Shown: positions 1-9,778 of the stretch, piece after piece
How the letters are laid out: every line of letters starts with the position of its first letter
Position numbering within the stretch: the stretch's first letter is position 1
DNA from: Chthonomonadales bacterium
GTDB lineage: Bacteria > Armatimonadota > Chthonomonadetes > Chthonomonadales > Chthonomonadaceae
Direction of reading: 5' to 3'
Length of the DNA stretch: 29,121 bases
NCBI GenBank assembly: GCA_038217285.1
Contig: JBBQPO010000042.1
Coordinates: forward strand, 1 to 29,121
Notes under the pieces: generated by a model
What the model was told of the DNA's origin: nothing
Databases searched by the model: none
What the model saw: the letters and a program-made list of their open reading frames with translations, nothing else
Translations under genes and position numbers: made by a program

Positions 1-1301
1 ATTGGCTGACCCAGGGCATCGGCAAATATCTGCGACCAGGCCGGGGAGTGGCCCAGCGCCCCACCGGACGCGAGGATCTGGTTGGCCTGGGGAAAGAGTT
101 GATGCAGACTGCGGGCCGCCAGCGCGAAGCGCAGCGCGACAGCCTCCATGGCGCATCGCAGGATCTCCACAGGCTCCGTGTCGAGGTTCAGGCCGACCAG
201 GGAGGCGCGCGCGTCCGGATTCCAGCCCATGCTGCGCTCGCCTGCTAAAAACGGCAGGAAGGTCAGGCCGTGTTCTCCCGGCTCCATGGCGGCAAGTTGG
301 TTTTGAAGGTCGTCGCCCTGCGGCAGTTGCAGCACGCGGGTCAGGTAGGCGTAGACATGACCGCCGTCGCTGAAGGCGGCCCCGATGATCGGGCGATGGC
401 TGTCCACCCGGTAACGCCACAGTCCGTCCGGTACAGCGGCCTGCGTGGCTTCAGAGGGGTTGGCCTCGTCCCACACGGTGCGGATGGCCCCGGATGTGCC
501 GAGGTTGATGGCGAGACGATTCGGAGAGACGCACCCGCTGCCGATGTTGCCGCAGGCCCCATCTCCTACCGCCGGGAAGAAGGGCACGTCCCGCAGTGCC
601 GGCCAGCGGTGTGCGAACTCCGTGACCAATCCCTGCGAACTCTGCTTGAGATCAACAATAGGCGACAGCGTCTCCTGCGGAATCTGGAGGGTCGCCAGCG
701 TCTCCGCGTCCCACGTTCCGTGCTCCTGATGAAACAGCCCCGTTCCCGACGCCATGGAGATCGAGACCTGCATCGCCTGCGGGCCGAACCAGCGCCGGAA
801 CAGGTACTCGCTCGGAGAGATCCAGCGTTTCACTTTGTAGAAAAGTTCCGGCTGCGTCTCGCGCAGCCAGACCAGCTTTGCCGGATAGTAGGAGGGATGA
901 ATCACGCATCCCGTGCGTTTGTGGATCGCTTCGGCATCGAGATCCTTACGCAGACGCATAGCGACGGCGCCCGCGCGCGCGTCGGCCCAGCTATAGATCG
1001 GGGTGAGCGGACTTCCCTCCGCATCGACGCCCAGTAGCGAGTGCCAGAACGTCGAGATACCTACTGCCCGGATCGCCTGCGCCCGGTCGCCCGCCTGTGT
1101 GAGCGCCAGATCCAGACAGCTCCCGACATAGACCAGCATGGCCTCCATTGGCATCTCTACGCCACCGTCGGATGTCGTGTGCATCTCATAAGGTATCTGC
1201 GCGTGTACGCCGTCCACCTCACGGCCCTGCGTATCCCACAGCAGGACACGCGTCGAAGAGGTCCCTATATCCAGCGTCAGTGTCAGCGGTGAATCGCTCA
1301 T
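1..1301 (-). CDS. gntK: FGGY-family carbohydrate kinase, gluconokinase-like (3' end outside the window)
   Basis: Not in the ORF track because it runs off the window. Manual translation from the ATG at 1301 gives MSDSPLTLTLDIGTSSTRVLLWD (FGGY phosphate-1 motif DIGTSS). Near 480-575 it reads FPAVGDGACGNIGSGCVSPNRLAINLGTSGAIR, typical of GntK. Confidence 0.85.
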   Translation of the reverse strand, partial: MSDSPLTLTLDIGTSSTRVLLWDTQGREVDGVHAQIPYEMHTTSDGGVEMPMEAMLVYVGSCLDLALTQAGDRAQAIRAVGISTFWHSLLGVDAEGSPLTPIYSWADARAGAVAMRLRKDLDAEAIHKRTGCVIHPSYYPAKLVWLRETQPELFYKVKRWISPSEYLFRRWFGPQAMQVSISMASGTGLFHQEHGTWDAETLATLQIPQETLSPIVDLKQSSQGLVTEFAHRWPALRDVPFFPAVGDGACGNIGSGCVSPNRLAINLGTSGAIRTVWDEANPSEATQAAVPDGLWRYRVDSHRPIIGAAFSDGGHVYAYLTRVLQLPQGDDLQNQLAAMEPGEHGLTFLPFLAGERSMGWNPDARASLVGLNLDTEPVEILRCAMEAVALRFALAARSLHQLFPQANQILASGGALGHSPAWSQIFADALGQP

Positions 1302-1350
1302 AGCCACCTATTCCCACTTTCCTGTTGTTCCAGCTTGAGAAGGGCACTGG

Positions 1351-1830
1351 TTAGCGCCACTGCGGAGGAACGTGGAACTCCGGATCGCCTGCGAGCATCT
1401 GGATCAGGTTGATCTGTCCGGCATGGTAGGCCATATTGCGCAGCGGCATCATAATCAGATTCGCGCCGAGAAACTGCCCGCGCGGATGCTGGTACATCTT
1501 CTCCAGATCGGCCTCGGTCAGTGCCCGAACGGCGGCAGCCAGCTCCACGCCGCTCGCTCGTAGAAGCTCCTCGGCTTCCGTACCGTTCGTCAGTATCAGC
1601 GCAGGTCCGCCGCTGGCGGAGGGCGGCATCACGTCGCCGCGCAGGCCCGCCGCGATCATCCGATTGACGACGACGCACTCCGCGACCTGTTCCAGGACGG
1701 AGCGGGTCGGCGCGCTGCCTTCGGTCTGCGGCTGCCAGTGCAGCTTGTCTTCGTGTGTACTGGCGATGAAGTGGGCCAGCGAATCCGCCGTTCGTTCTAT
1801 CTGATTCGCCATATATTCCGGGACGTGCAT
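1351..1830 (-). CDS. DinB/YfiT-superfamily protein
   Basis: Start reassigned to MHVPEY (ATG at 1830, GGAG upstream). Contains WQP...RSVLEQVAEC and a C-terminal NMAYHAGQINLIQML, matching the DinB helix-bundle His motif. Confidence 0.75.
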   Translation of the reverse strand: MHVPEYMANQIERTADSLAHFIASTHEDKLHWQPQTEGSAPTRSVLEQVAECVVVNRMIAAGLRGDVMPPSASGGPALILTNGTEAEELLRASGVELAAAVRALTEADLEKMYQHPRGQFLGANLIMMPLRNMAYHAGQINLIQMLAGDPEFHVPPQWR

Positions 1831-1904
1831 CGTTGCTTCACTTTCTCCATTGGTCAACTGGCAGGCGCCCCCTCCGTGAGGGCGGCGATAGGGTGGGGGC
1901 AAGA

Positions 1905-2600
1905 CTATTCCAGGGTGCGCCCGCAGTCGTAGAGCGGCTTCAGAGTCCGGGCGGCCTCGACGACTGCTTCCAGAAACTCCGGGCCGCTCTGCACGACCGG
2001 ATGGGTCTTCGCGAACGCGATGCCGAAAATGGCATGCTGGCCTTTGACGCGGTGCATGCGGTCCGCGAAGGCGCGCAGCGTGTCGGCGTCCAGCGCGTGG
2101 CCACGTTTCGGCTCGTCTTCCGCATCGCGCAGTTCGTAGGCGAGCACCGTGGGGTGGAGCGCAAGATAGTCCGCTATCGATTCGGCCTGACGCCGCAGGT
2201 TCTCTGCGAACAACAGCTTCTCGTCCGCATAGTCTTCGACGAACACGGTGACGCGCACCTTCTCCGCACTGATGCCGCAGCGCAAGTGTACGAACGGCTT
2301 ATAGGCGCGCTTAGAACGGGCGAAGGCCGCCCACGTCTCGACCGGAGGATTGACCGTGCGGCGGAGATGCTGCGCGACATGCGGATAGAGTGTCTCCCCG
2401 ACGACCTCCGACAGTCGCCTCGTCAGTACCTCCGCGACCTGCATCAGTTTCGGCTTGACCTGCGCGCGCAACTGCGGCATCCGTGCCGCAAACCCCTCGA
2501 TCTCGAACACCTCGAAATCTTCCCGTGTGAACCCCGTAAAGGCGGCGGCCTGCTCGATCTGTTCCAGAGTGGGGATCGTCTCGTTCGCATCCGTCGTCAT
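1905..2600 (-). CDS. DUF1054/YktB (UPF0637) family protein
   Basis: FTGFTREDFEVFEIEGFAARM...LYPHVAQHLRRTVNPPVETWAAFARSKRAYK matches the YktB family. The ATG at 2600 overlaps the stop of the upstream gene. Confidence 0.8.
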   Translation of the reverse strand: MTTDANETIPTLEQIEQAAAFTGFTREDFEVFEIEGFAARMPQLRAQVKPKLMQVAEVLTRRLSEVVGETLYPHVAQHLRRTVNPPVETWAAFARSKRAYKPFVHLRCGISAEKVRVTVFVEDYADEKLLFAENLRRQAESIADYLALHPTVLAYELRDAEDEPKRGHALDADTLRAFADRMHRVKGQHAIFGIAFAKTHPVVQSGPEFLEAVVEAARTLKPLYDCGRTLE

Positions 2601-3457
2601 TTTGCGCTCGCTCCTTTGTGCTCTTCGGCCTCCGCGCGATACGCCTCCCAGGTCTCCGCGACGCGCCCGGTTTCGACATCGCCGATATGCGTGTAGAACC
2701 GATAGCGCAGACGCAAGGGCGTCTCCGGCGTAATGACGATGGGGTCTTCCTGAAAGAAGCCGTAGTTGGGAGCGATGGGGCCGTAGTCGCGCGTGAACCA
2801 GTTGGTCGGGAAGTGGGGATTGTCCGGGTGATCGAAAATGGAGATGCCGCACTCCTGCCGCCCCAGTTTGCCGGAACAGTCGATCCAGGCCGAACGTTTT
2901 TTGTAGGTGCCGCGCTCGTTGATGCCGCCCTCGGCGTTGGTGATCTTGCCGCCGGTTTTGCTGTTGATGCCCTCCGCGACGCGGATATGCGGCAGACCGG
3001 CCTCGTTTGTCGGGTGCAATTCGACGACCTCACCGGCCGGCGCAAACAGCGTCAGGTCGAGATCGAACACGCGGTCGGCGCTCGGCTGCTCGTAGAAGGT
3101 GAAGGTCCGGGTGTCGGTCAGCGCCGGGACGCCCTTCGCCGAAATCCATTCATTGCGTGCCGTGAACGCGGCCTTTTCCCCACTGCTCTCCAGGTGATCG
3201 AAACCTAGATGGACGATTCTGCCGCTGTTGGGGCGCTCCAGCCAGAAATCGTCGCCGTTGACGCGTCCGTGCCCGATCCAGATGCCGTGATGATGCCGAT
3301 GATCGTTCGGCTCATCCGCCACGAACGACAGCCCGTTGGCGGCGCGAATCGGGTATAGATAGGGCTTCCAGTGCGGCGCACCGAACTGATAGCGTGTATA
3401 CTCTTGTCCGCCGATGCGAATCACCAGTTGGGCGCTCTCTTCGCGTATCTCTACCAT
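2597..3457 (-). CDS. PmoA-like/DUF6807 family protein (not a methane monooxygenase)
   Basis: KPYLYPI, DHRHHHGIWIG, GISIFDHPDNP and WFTRDYG motifs are characteristic of the family. Confidence 0.75.
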   Translation of the reverse strand: MVEIREESAQLVIRIGGQEYTRYQFGAPHWKPYLYPIRAANGLSFVADEPNDHRHHHGIWIGHGRVNGDDFWLERPNSGRIVHLGFDHLESSGEKAAFTARNEWISAKGVPALTDTRTFTFYEQPSADRVFDLDLTLFAPAGEVVELHPTNEAGLPHIRVAEGINSKTGGKITNAEGGINERGTYKKRSAWIDCSGKLGRQECGISIFDHPDNPHFPTNWFTRDYGPIAPNYGFFQEDPIVITPETPLRLRYRFYTHIGDVETGRVAETWEAYRAEAEEHKGASAK

Positions 3458-3574
3458 AATGGGGCTCCCTCTCTCTCGTCCTCGTCCTTCATATTACCCC
3501 AAATCTATGCTGCGGATCGATAGAGGATAGGAAGCAGAGACGAGATCTCGATGAATCTGCTCGCCCGATGAGGT

Positions 3575-4147
3575 TCAGGACGGAATTGGGGATTTGAGAA
3601 CGAGAGGCAGGCCGCTGACCATGAAAATCACCTCGTCTGCGGCAGCGGCAACCTGCTGGTTGGCGCGTCCGGCGATGTCCTGAAACAGCCGTCCGAGCGC
3701 CGTCATGGGATGCAGGCCCATGCCGACCTCGTTGGTCACGATGAGCACGGTCGCGGAACCCGAACGAGCGGCAGCGATAAGCGCGGCGACGGCCCGGTCT
3801 ACCGTCGCTTCGATCTCCTCCGGCGGCACGTCGCCCGCTGCGAGAAGCTGATTGCTGACGAACAGCGTCAGGCAGTCGAGCAGGATAAACTCAACCTCCC
3901 TGCTGTGCGCGGCGATCTGGGCCGCCGCCTCTAACGGCGTTTCGATGGTTGTCCAGTCGGCGGGGCGGTCGTGCCGGTGCCGGGAGATACGGGATTTCAT
4001 CTCGTCGTCGGACTCTTCCGCCGTGGCGATGAACAGCACCCTGCCGCCCTGTTCGCGGACCGTCCGTTCGGCGCGCTCCTGCGCGAAACGGCTCTTGCCG
4101 CTCCGGGCTCCCCCGGTTACCAGAATCAATCTCTCCTGTGCGCTCAC
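3575..4147 (-). CDS. cobU: Bifunctional adenosylcobinamide kinase/adenosylcobinamide-phosphate guanylyltransferase
   Basis: LILVTGGARSGKSRFA, DDEMKSRISRHRHDRP, LLDCLTLFVSN, VTNEVGMG and MVSGLPL motifs. The GTG at 4147 overlaps the btuF stop (GTGA). Confidence 0.93.
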   Translation of the reverse strand: MSAQERLILVTGGARSGKSRFAQERAERTVREQGGRVLFIATAEESDDEMKSRISRHRHDRPADWTTIETPLEAAAQIAAHSREVEFILLDCLTLFVSNQLLAAGDVPPEEIEATVDRAVAALIAAARSGSATVLIVTNEVGMGLHPMTALGRLFQDIAGRANQQVAAAADEVIFMVSGLPLVLKSPIPS

Positions 4148-5106
4148 GGTCGGGCTCCCTCTCTTACCAGCGGTTTCCATTTCAGTTCCGGATGCAGATA
4201 GCGCGCCAGGGCCTCGACGCCCCGCACCAGGCGCGGCGAGGGTCGCACCAGTGTGCCGTCTTCCGGATCCTCTGTGTAGAGGCGGTTGTTTCGGACCGCC
4301 GGAACGCTGTGCGCCCATCCCGGCATGTTCCGCACTCTGTCTGTCAAACCCTTGCTGCACAGGATCACTTCCGGTTGCCTCAGCGCCACCTCTTCGGAAG
4401 AGATAATATTGGTAGCGATGGGTCTGTCCACGATATTCTGCCCGCCGGCCTGGGTGATCAGATCGTTGATAAAGGAGTCCGGCCCGGTCGTATAGATGGG
4501 CGCGGTATCGTACATAATCAGTACGCGCGGTCGATGCGCCGCCTGCGCTACGGTAACCTGCACCGCCGCCAGACGCGCCTGCATCTGGGCGACGATCTGC
4601 TCGGCCTTTGCCTCTGCGCCGACGGCCTGACCCAGCAGGCGAATCGAAGCGTAGGCATCGGCCAGATTCCTCGGATCGACGACAAGCACTGGTACATGGA
4701 GAGCTTCCAGAGCCGCAATCGGCTTCTGATTGAGGCTGCCGATTGCGACGACCAGATCCGGCTTGTGGGCCAGAATCTGTTCGATGTCGGAGGTCAGGAC
4801 GTTGCCGATGGTCGGTTTCTGCTTGACTTCGGGCGGATAGTCGTCGGCGGTCGTAACCGCCGCGATACGGTCGCCCGCCCCCAGAGCATACAGCACTTCC
4901 GTATCGCTCGGAATCAACGACACGATCCGCTGCGGAGCCGCATTTAACGTGATCGTCTTTCCCCGCGCATCGATCAGTGTGCGCGGAAATCCCATCGGCG
5001 TTCGTACAGGTGGCCCACCTACCTGTTCCTTCCTCACCTCGCTCCGGCATCCCGTGCCTGCTACACCGGCGGCCAGCAGCACGATCATCGCCAAAAATCG
5101 TCGCAT
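4144..5106 (-). CDS. btuF: Cobalamin/Fe-siderophore ABC transporter substrate-binding lipoprotein (BtuF-like)
   Basis: Signal peptide with lipobox (AGTGC), PQRIVSLIPSDTEVLYALG, GPDSFINDLITQAGGQN and RPSPRL motifs. Adjacent to cobU. Confidence 0.85.
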   Translation of the reverse strand: MRRFLAMIVLLAAGVAGTGCRSEVRKEQVGGPPVRTPMGFPRTLIDARGKTITLNAAPQRIVSLIPSDTEVLYALGAGDRIAAVTTADDYPPEVKQKPTIGNVLTSDIEQILAHKPDLVVAIGSLNQKPIAALEALHVPVLVVDPRNLADAYASIRLLGQAVGAEAKAEQIVAQMQARLAAVQVTVAQAAHRPRVLIMYDTAPIYTTGPDSFINDLITQAGGQNIVDRPIATNIISSEEVALRQPEVILCSKGLTDRVRNMPGWAHSVPAVRNNRLYTEDPEDGTLVRPSPRLVRGVEALARYLHPELKWKPLVREGARP

Positions 5107-5264
5107 CGTTCTTCCTTCCTCTGTCTTAGGTTACACGCAGATTACAATTTCATCGAAAAGGCGAATTCAGGGAGTAATTTGGGAGGGACACGGCGTATCT
5201 GAACGTGTTACGAAAAGCACATTCGTGTTACAATGCGGTCTGCACTGTCGGAAAGGATTTTGCT

Positions 5265-6203
5265 ATGCTCTCCCCTCGCGCCGTGCCGCGTATCAGAGGC
5301 CACGCCGCCTCCACCGTGGGTTTCACCCTTATCGAGCTGCTCGTCGTCATCGCCATCATCGCCATCCTGGCCGCTATCCTGTTCCCTGTCTTCGCACAGG
5401 CCCGCGAGAAGGCCCGTCAGGCGGCCTGTCTCTCCAATATGCGCCAACTCTCCACAGCGGCAAAAATGTATATGGAGGATTTCGACGGCGCCCTCTACCA
5501 TCATCATGAAGGGTTCGTCCTCGACGACGGCACTCAACTCGATGTTCTGCCCTCCTCGGTAGACGGTTGCAAGGGCGGCGGTGCGGGCAACAGCAACGCG
5601 GAAAAGCCCTGGGCTATCTTCTTTCAACCCTATATGAAGAACCGCCAACTGCTGTTCTGTCCCTCCGACGGCAGTCCGAAGTCGCAGCATCAGGTGGACA
5701 ACATCAACGACTACAATGGAGGCGTCACCGTTCTGGGCACGGAATGTGATGCCGCTCCCAACGGCGAGCAGTGTCTGGCGGAGAAGAACAACTGGGCGAT
5801 GTGGAACTACGCGCTCAACTCGATCTTTACCCACAAGTCCTGTCGCTACATTGTGGAAGGTGTGCTGCCCGGCTTCGCCAGCGATCCTGTCATTAGCGGC
5901 CTGCAGGATCCGAACATCATCATGTTCTCGGAGCGCAACTCCGCTGGCCTCGACGATCCCACGTCCGACTTCTACTATGTGCCGCAGGACGACTACGACA
6001 CGTGGCCCGGAGAGGCGGCTCTCGTCCGCTGGGGCACCGGCACACGCGCCAATGAAGGCTGGATCAAGTACGACCGGCATAATGGCGGCGCGAACTACAT
6101 CTACTTCGACGGGCATGTGAAGTGGATGCGCTGGGGGCGCGCTCGCACAGACCAGTATCCCGACCACGTCGTTCGCTTCCCGCTTTCCAACCCACCGCAG
6201 TAA
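5265..6203 (+). CDS. Prepilin-type N-terminal cleavage/methylation protein with H-X9-DG motif (DUF1559-like)
   Basis: [40 protein letters not shown] and C-terminal [16 protein letters not shown]. Start placed at the ATG at 5265. Confidence 0.9.
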   Translation: MLSPRAVPRIRGHAASTVGFTLIELLVVIAIIAILAAILFPVFAQAREKARQAACLSNMRQLSTAAKMYMEDFDGALYHHHEGFVLDDGTQLDVLPSSVDGCKGGGAGNSNAEKPWAIFFQPYMKNRQLLFCPSDGSPKSQHQVDNINDYNGGVTVLGTECDAAPNGEQCLAEKNNWAMWNYALNSIFTHKSCRYIVEGVLPGFASDPVISGLQDPNIIMFSERNSAGLDDPTSDFYYVPQDDYDTWPGEAALVRWGTGTRANEGWIKYDRHNGGANYIYFDGHVKWMRWGRARTDQYPDHVVRFPLSNPPQ

Positions 6204-6297
6204 TCAGGCGACTTTTGATATGTCGCAAATCAGCTAAGTAGTAGCTCATAGTTTGTTCGTACTTTTCCCGGCAATGAATTGCCGTTCTGATATGGTA

Positions 6298-6374
6298 AAC
6301 CTGCCTTCGCAGGTTGGATGCATTGAGTCCGCGAAGGCGGACTTCCCATTTCAGCGCGGGGTTTGAACCCCGTG
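6298..6374. repeat. REP-like palindrome cluster between convergent genes
   Basis: AACCTGCCTTCGCAGGTT (6298-6315) and AGTCCGCGAAGGCGGACT (6326-6343) are oppositely oriented hairpins sharing a GCGAAGGC core. A third hairpin, CGCGGGGTT-TG-AACCCCGTG, lies at 6355-6374. Confidence 0.55.
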
Positions 6375-6407
6375 AATCCAAACTACGAAGGAACTATGAC
6401 CGCCTAC

Positions 6408-7070
6408 TTAGCGGGAAGATTCTGCCGGAGCAAAGCGGTGCACGGTAGCGGTCAGCTTTTTCCAGTGGGGATTGAAGCCGTACTGCCGCATCTCCTTGTA
6501 GGTTCGGTCGAAGGGCCAATGGGCGACATGTTCTCTGTAAATGCCGACCATCGTTCCCGTGCGGTCCGCGCCGTGCTGGCAGTGCACGAAGACCGGCTGC
6601 TGCCCCGGATCCGCGACGGTCTTCAAAAAGGTCTGAATCTCCGCTTCGGTCGGCGGGTCGCCGCTCATCGGCAGGTTGATGAAATGCAGCCCCATGCCGT
6701 CCAGGTGTGCGCGCTCCTTCGCGACGGTTTTGGGAGCGATGCGCAGATCGATCACCGTCTTGATGCCCATCTTCCGCAGCGCTTGAAGCCCTTCCAGCGT
6801 CGGTGCCGCGCCGCGAAACAAGCCAGGAGTGACGGCATGAAAATTCGGCAGATCGTGCGCGGAAGCCAGAGGCGTGACGACGGGCTTCTCCGGCGTCAGG
6901 GCTGGTTTGTCAGGCGTGGGTCGAGACGGAGACGGCTTCGCCGTAACCGTGGGCACGTCTGCGTCCTGCTTCTGGCGGGAACACGAACAGAGGGCCAGGA
7001 TCGCCACGGCACACAGGAATGCGCCGGACAAATATCGTATATAGACCGGGCTGTTATTGTTGGAAGTCAT
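6408..7070 (-). CDS. Secreted or lipoprotein dual-specificity/tyrosine phosphatase
   Basis: Catalytic loop VFVHCQHGADRTG (CX5R), NFHAVTPGLFRGAAP, GIKTVIDLR, and a hydrophobic leader with ALCSC. Start is uncertain (7070 or 7112). Confidence 0.85.
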   Translation of the reverse strand: MTSNNNSPVYIRYLSGAFLCAVAILALCSCSRQKQDADVPTVTAKPSPSRPTPDKPALTPEKPVVTPLASAHDLPNFHAVTPGLFRGAAPTLEGLQALRKMGIKTVIDLRIAPKTVAKERAHLDGMGLHFINLPMSGDPPTEAEIQTFLKTVADPGQQPVFVHCQHGADRTGTMVGIYREHVAHWPFDRTYKEMRQYGFNPHWKKLTATVHRFAPAESSR

Positions 7071-7144
7071 TGGTTTCCTGCGAAAGACCAAGATCGATAG
7101 TTTTGATTTCACGCCTCTCTATAATACGTCTGGAGGAAGTACGT

Positions 7145-7984
7145 ATGCAGCAGAAAGAGCCTCTCTGGGCGGCGGCGGCACGGGCGATTGAACGGGCGGA
7201 TGCGTTGCTTCTGACGGCAGGGGCAGGGTTGGGAGTCGATTCCGGGCTGCCGGACTTTCGAGGCGATACGGGCTTCTGGGAAGCCTATCCGCCTCTCAGG
7301 GAACGCGGGCTCTCCTTTGGCGAGATAGCGCAACCCCAATGGTTTCGGAACGATCCAGAACTGGCCTGGGGCTTTTATGGGCATCGCCTGCATCTCTATA
7401 GAGGCACGACGCCGCATAACGGGTTCGACATTCTGCGCCGCTGGGCGGTGAAGAGACCGGGTGGGGCGTTTGTCTATACCTCCAATGTGGACGGGCATTT
7501 CCAGCGCGCCGGATTCGCGGAGGAGGCTGTCTGCGAGTGCCACGGCTCGCTGAATCATTTCCAGTGTTCGAGACCATGCTCACCATCTATCTGGAGCGCC
7601 GAGGGATGCACCGTCGCAATAGACGAAACGACTTTTCGCGCCCATACGCCTCTGCCCTCCTGCCCGGCCTGCGGGGCGGTGGCCCGCCCGAATGTGATGA
7701 TGTTCAACGACGGCGGCTGGCTCTCGGAACGAACCGCCGCGCAGGAAGAGCGTCTGGACGCGTGGTTGGAATCGGTACACGGAGCCTCGGTCGTGATTGT
7801 CGAGTGCGGTGCTGGAACGGCCATCTCAACGGTGCGCACGATGAGCGAGCAGGTAGCCCGACATCTGCATGCTCCCCTGATCCGCATCAACGTGCGGGAG
7901 TCGCAGGGGCCGGCGAGCACACTCTCGTTCCCGCTCGGCGCGGCGGCGGCATTGGCGCGTCTGGACAGCCTTCTTCCGGTCTGA
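7145..7984 (+). CDS. Sir2-family NAD-dependent deacylase
   Basis: TAGAGLGVDSGLPDFRG, YTSNVDGHFQRAG, ECHGSL, zinc-binding Cys pairs, ARPNVMMF and VECGAGT motifs. GGAGG RBS precedes the ATG at 7145, with TATAAT at 7120-7125. Confidence 0.92.
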   Translation: MQQKEPLWAAAARAIERADALLLTAGAGLGVDSGLPDFRGDTGFWEAYPPLRERGLSFGEIAQPQWFRNDPELAWGFYGHRLHLYRGTTPHNGFDILRRWAVKRPGGAFVYTSNVDGHFQRAGFAEEAVCECHGSLNHFQCSRPCSPSIWSAEGCTVAIDETTFRAHTPLPSCPACGAVARPNVMMFNDGGWLSERTAAQEERLDAWLESVHGASVVIVECGAGTAISTVRTMSEQVARHLHAPLIRINVRESQGPASTLSFPLGAAAALARLDSLLPV

Positions 7985-8003
7985 AACCTGCCCCTATGCG
8001 CCC

Positions 8004-9668
8004 TTAAGGATAGTCGCCTTTGAACAGTTCGATCTGCTCCGGCTCGGTCACACGGTAGTGGGGCAGAGCCGTGCGCCGCATCAAAATGATACGGACCTCC
8101 TTAACTTTCTGCTCGGGAGCGTGGGTATTGTTCCAGCGGTTGCCCAGATACGACGCATACGTGAAGCACTGATTCAGGTCCCGGCTGTCGGAGATATTCA
8201 TCAGATATTTGCGCCAGCGCTCATTGTAGTAGGTGGCAGAGATCAGGGGAGGAGGATCGTAGGTCACATGCGAAATCTGGGTCTTCAGATCGACCTCTTC
8301 CCCATCTCTTAGCGTGGCCGGTACCACGATCCAGTCATGGCTATTCATAGGGTCTGGCGCGAACAGCTCCCAGCTCTGATCCAATCGCGCGATCTCCGCA
8401 ATCCAGTTCCATGTCCTCGGGAACCAGCGGACATGACGGTCGAAATCGAGGGTGCGTACATTCCAGAGCACGACATAGATCAGAAGAAAGACTGCCAGAC
8501 TCTGTATCGACCAGTGGGTGCGTGTGCCGACGGACTGAGGGCGCAGGCGCTCCCGCCATGCCGCTGCTCTTAGCGTCAGCGCCAAGGCGAACGTGGGGGG
8601 CGGTATGCGCGGCAGGCGAGCCGAAAGGCGGAAGAATCCCTGCCAGAACCAGTCCGGAAGCAGCGCCACCCAGGCGATGGCCCCGATGACCGGGAACAGG
8701 CCCAACTCCAGGCAGAGGCCCATCGAGAAGTGAAATCCCATGAAGATCAGGACGACAGCGGTGCGGAACGGCCCGGAGAAGGCGGAAACCACGATCAGCA
8801 ACACCGCCAGGAGTTCGAGATACCAGGCGATGAAGGTCATCGGCTTGAGCATGGCAGGATAGTGCAGCAGGATCCTGGCCAGCGGCGTGGCGAACTGGTC
8901 GATGCTCAGCGCGTAGTAGATCGCGGTATAGTTCGTCCGCCAGGTGGGGCCGGTCTTGAGCAGCGCCCCGAATAGATAGACGATCCCAATCTGCACGATA
9001 AGCGCGACCGTGCCCACCGAAAAGACGCGTTTCGGCATGGGAGCGTTGCTCTTGTCCAGTGCGCGATCCACCGACCAGCGCAGGCCGAGCGGCAAAAACA
9101 TCGCCCAGAACGCCAGCACCCGCAGCATGGTGTCGCCCCCGGTGAGCACCATGGTATTGCGGTTTTGCAGCGAGATCAGCAGGAGCCAACAGACCACGCT
9201 CACCGTACGGGTACGATAGCCGACGAGCAGCGACAGCGCGAACAGTCCTGCCACGACAAACAGCAGTAACTCGACCGGCAGCGCCGGGTGCATCGTATGG
9301 ATGGACCAGTACCAATGCTGCTGCTGGACCACGGAGACGAGTGCGATCGGCATGACCCCCGCATCCGTATAGTGCGCCTCCAGATCCTGCACTCGGTAGA
9401 GCAGATCGCCTATCATGATCAGGGCCAGACAGATGCGAAACAGCGCCAGCGAACGCACGTCGATTCCGAAGATCTTCTCCGCAAAGCCAACCCATCGCCC
9501 TCGTGGCTCCGGTGAATTGTCAACGGGCGCGTCCTCCGGCAGATCGGCAATATTCGCCCCGGCCTCCGCCTTCTTTGTACGAGCGAGGTGGGCAAAGAGA
9601 GATGTCGGCCATGCGAAGTTTCGACGGGAACGCGTTTGGTGAGATGCGATGAGGCGACTGGACGCCAT
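8004..9668 (-). CDS. HTTM-domain (vitamin K-dependent carboxylase-like) membrane protein
   Basis: DVRSLALFRICL, HYTDAGVMP, SLQNRN...GGDTMLR, LPLGLRWSVD, LDQSWELFAPDP and ERWRKY motifs, with many hydrophobic segments. AAGGAG upstream. Confidence 0.85.
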   Translation of the reverse strand: MASSRLIASHQTRSRRNFAWPTSLFAHLARTKKAEAGANIADLPEDAPVDNSPEPRGRWVGFAEKIFGIDVRSLALFRICLALIMIGDLLYRVQDLEAHYTDAGVMPIALVSVVQQQHWYWSIHTMHPALPVELLLFVVAGLFALSLLVGYRTRTVSVVCWLLLISLQNRNTMVLTGGDTMLRVLAFWAMFLPLGLRWSVDRALDKSNAPMPKRVFSVGTVALIVQIGIVYLFGALLKTGPTWRTNYTAIYYALSIDQFATPLARILLHYPAMLKPMTFIAWYLELLAVLLIVVSAFSGPFRTAVVLIFMGFHFSMGLCLELGLFPVIGAIAWVALLPDWFWQGFFRLSARLPRIPPPTFALALTLRAAAWRERLRPQSVGTRTHWSIQSLAVFLLIYVVLWNVRTLDFDRHVRWFPRTWNWIAEIARLDQSWELFAPDPMNSHDWIVVPATLRDGEEVDLKTQISHVTYDPPPLISATYYNERWRKYLMNISDSRDLNQCFTYASYLGNRWNNTHAPEQKVKEVRIILMRRTALPHYRVTEPEQIELFKGDYP

Positions 9669-9703
9669 GAATTTTAGATCTCCTTGGCAAGTGGACTAAG
9701 GGG

Positions 9704-9742
9704 GGAAAAGACCTTCACCAAGTAGCAGTGAAGGCCTTTTCC
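9704..9742. terminator. Stem-loop downstream of the lamin-tail gene
   Basis: GGAAAAGACCTTCAC...GTGAAGGCCTTTTCC inverted repeat with one mismatch. Confidence 0.55.
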
Positions 9743-9778
9743 GTTCCAATCAGACGTTTTCAAAGTTGGGCCACGCGA

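Noticed and set aside
270-1037. Plus-strand ORFs over bases 1-1300
   Set aside because: They are antisense shadows of the minus-strand gluconokinase, which has clear family motifs.
4148-5050. Apparent 300-aa N-terminal extension of CobU in the ORF track
   Set aside because: It is an alternative frame over btuF. The GTGA overlap at 4144-4147 gives a normal-length CobU.
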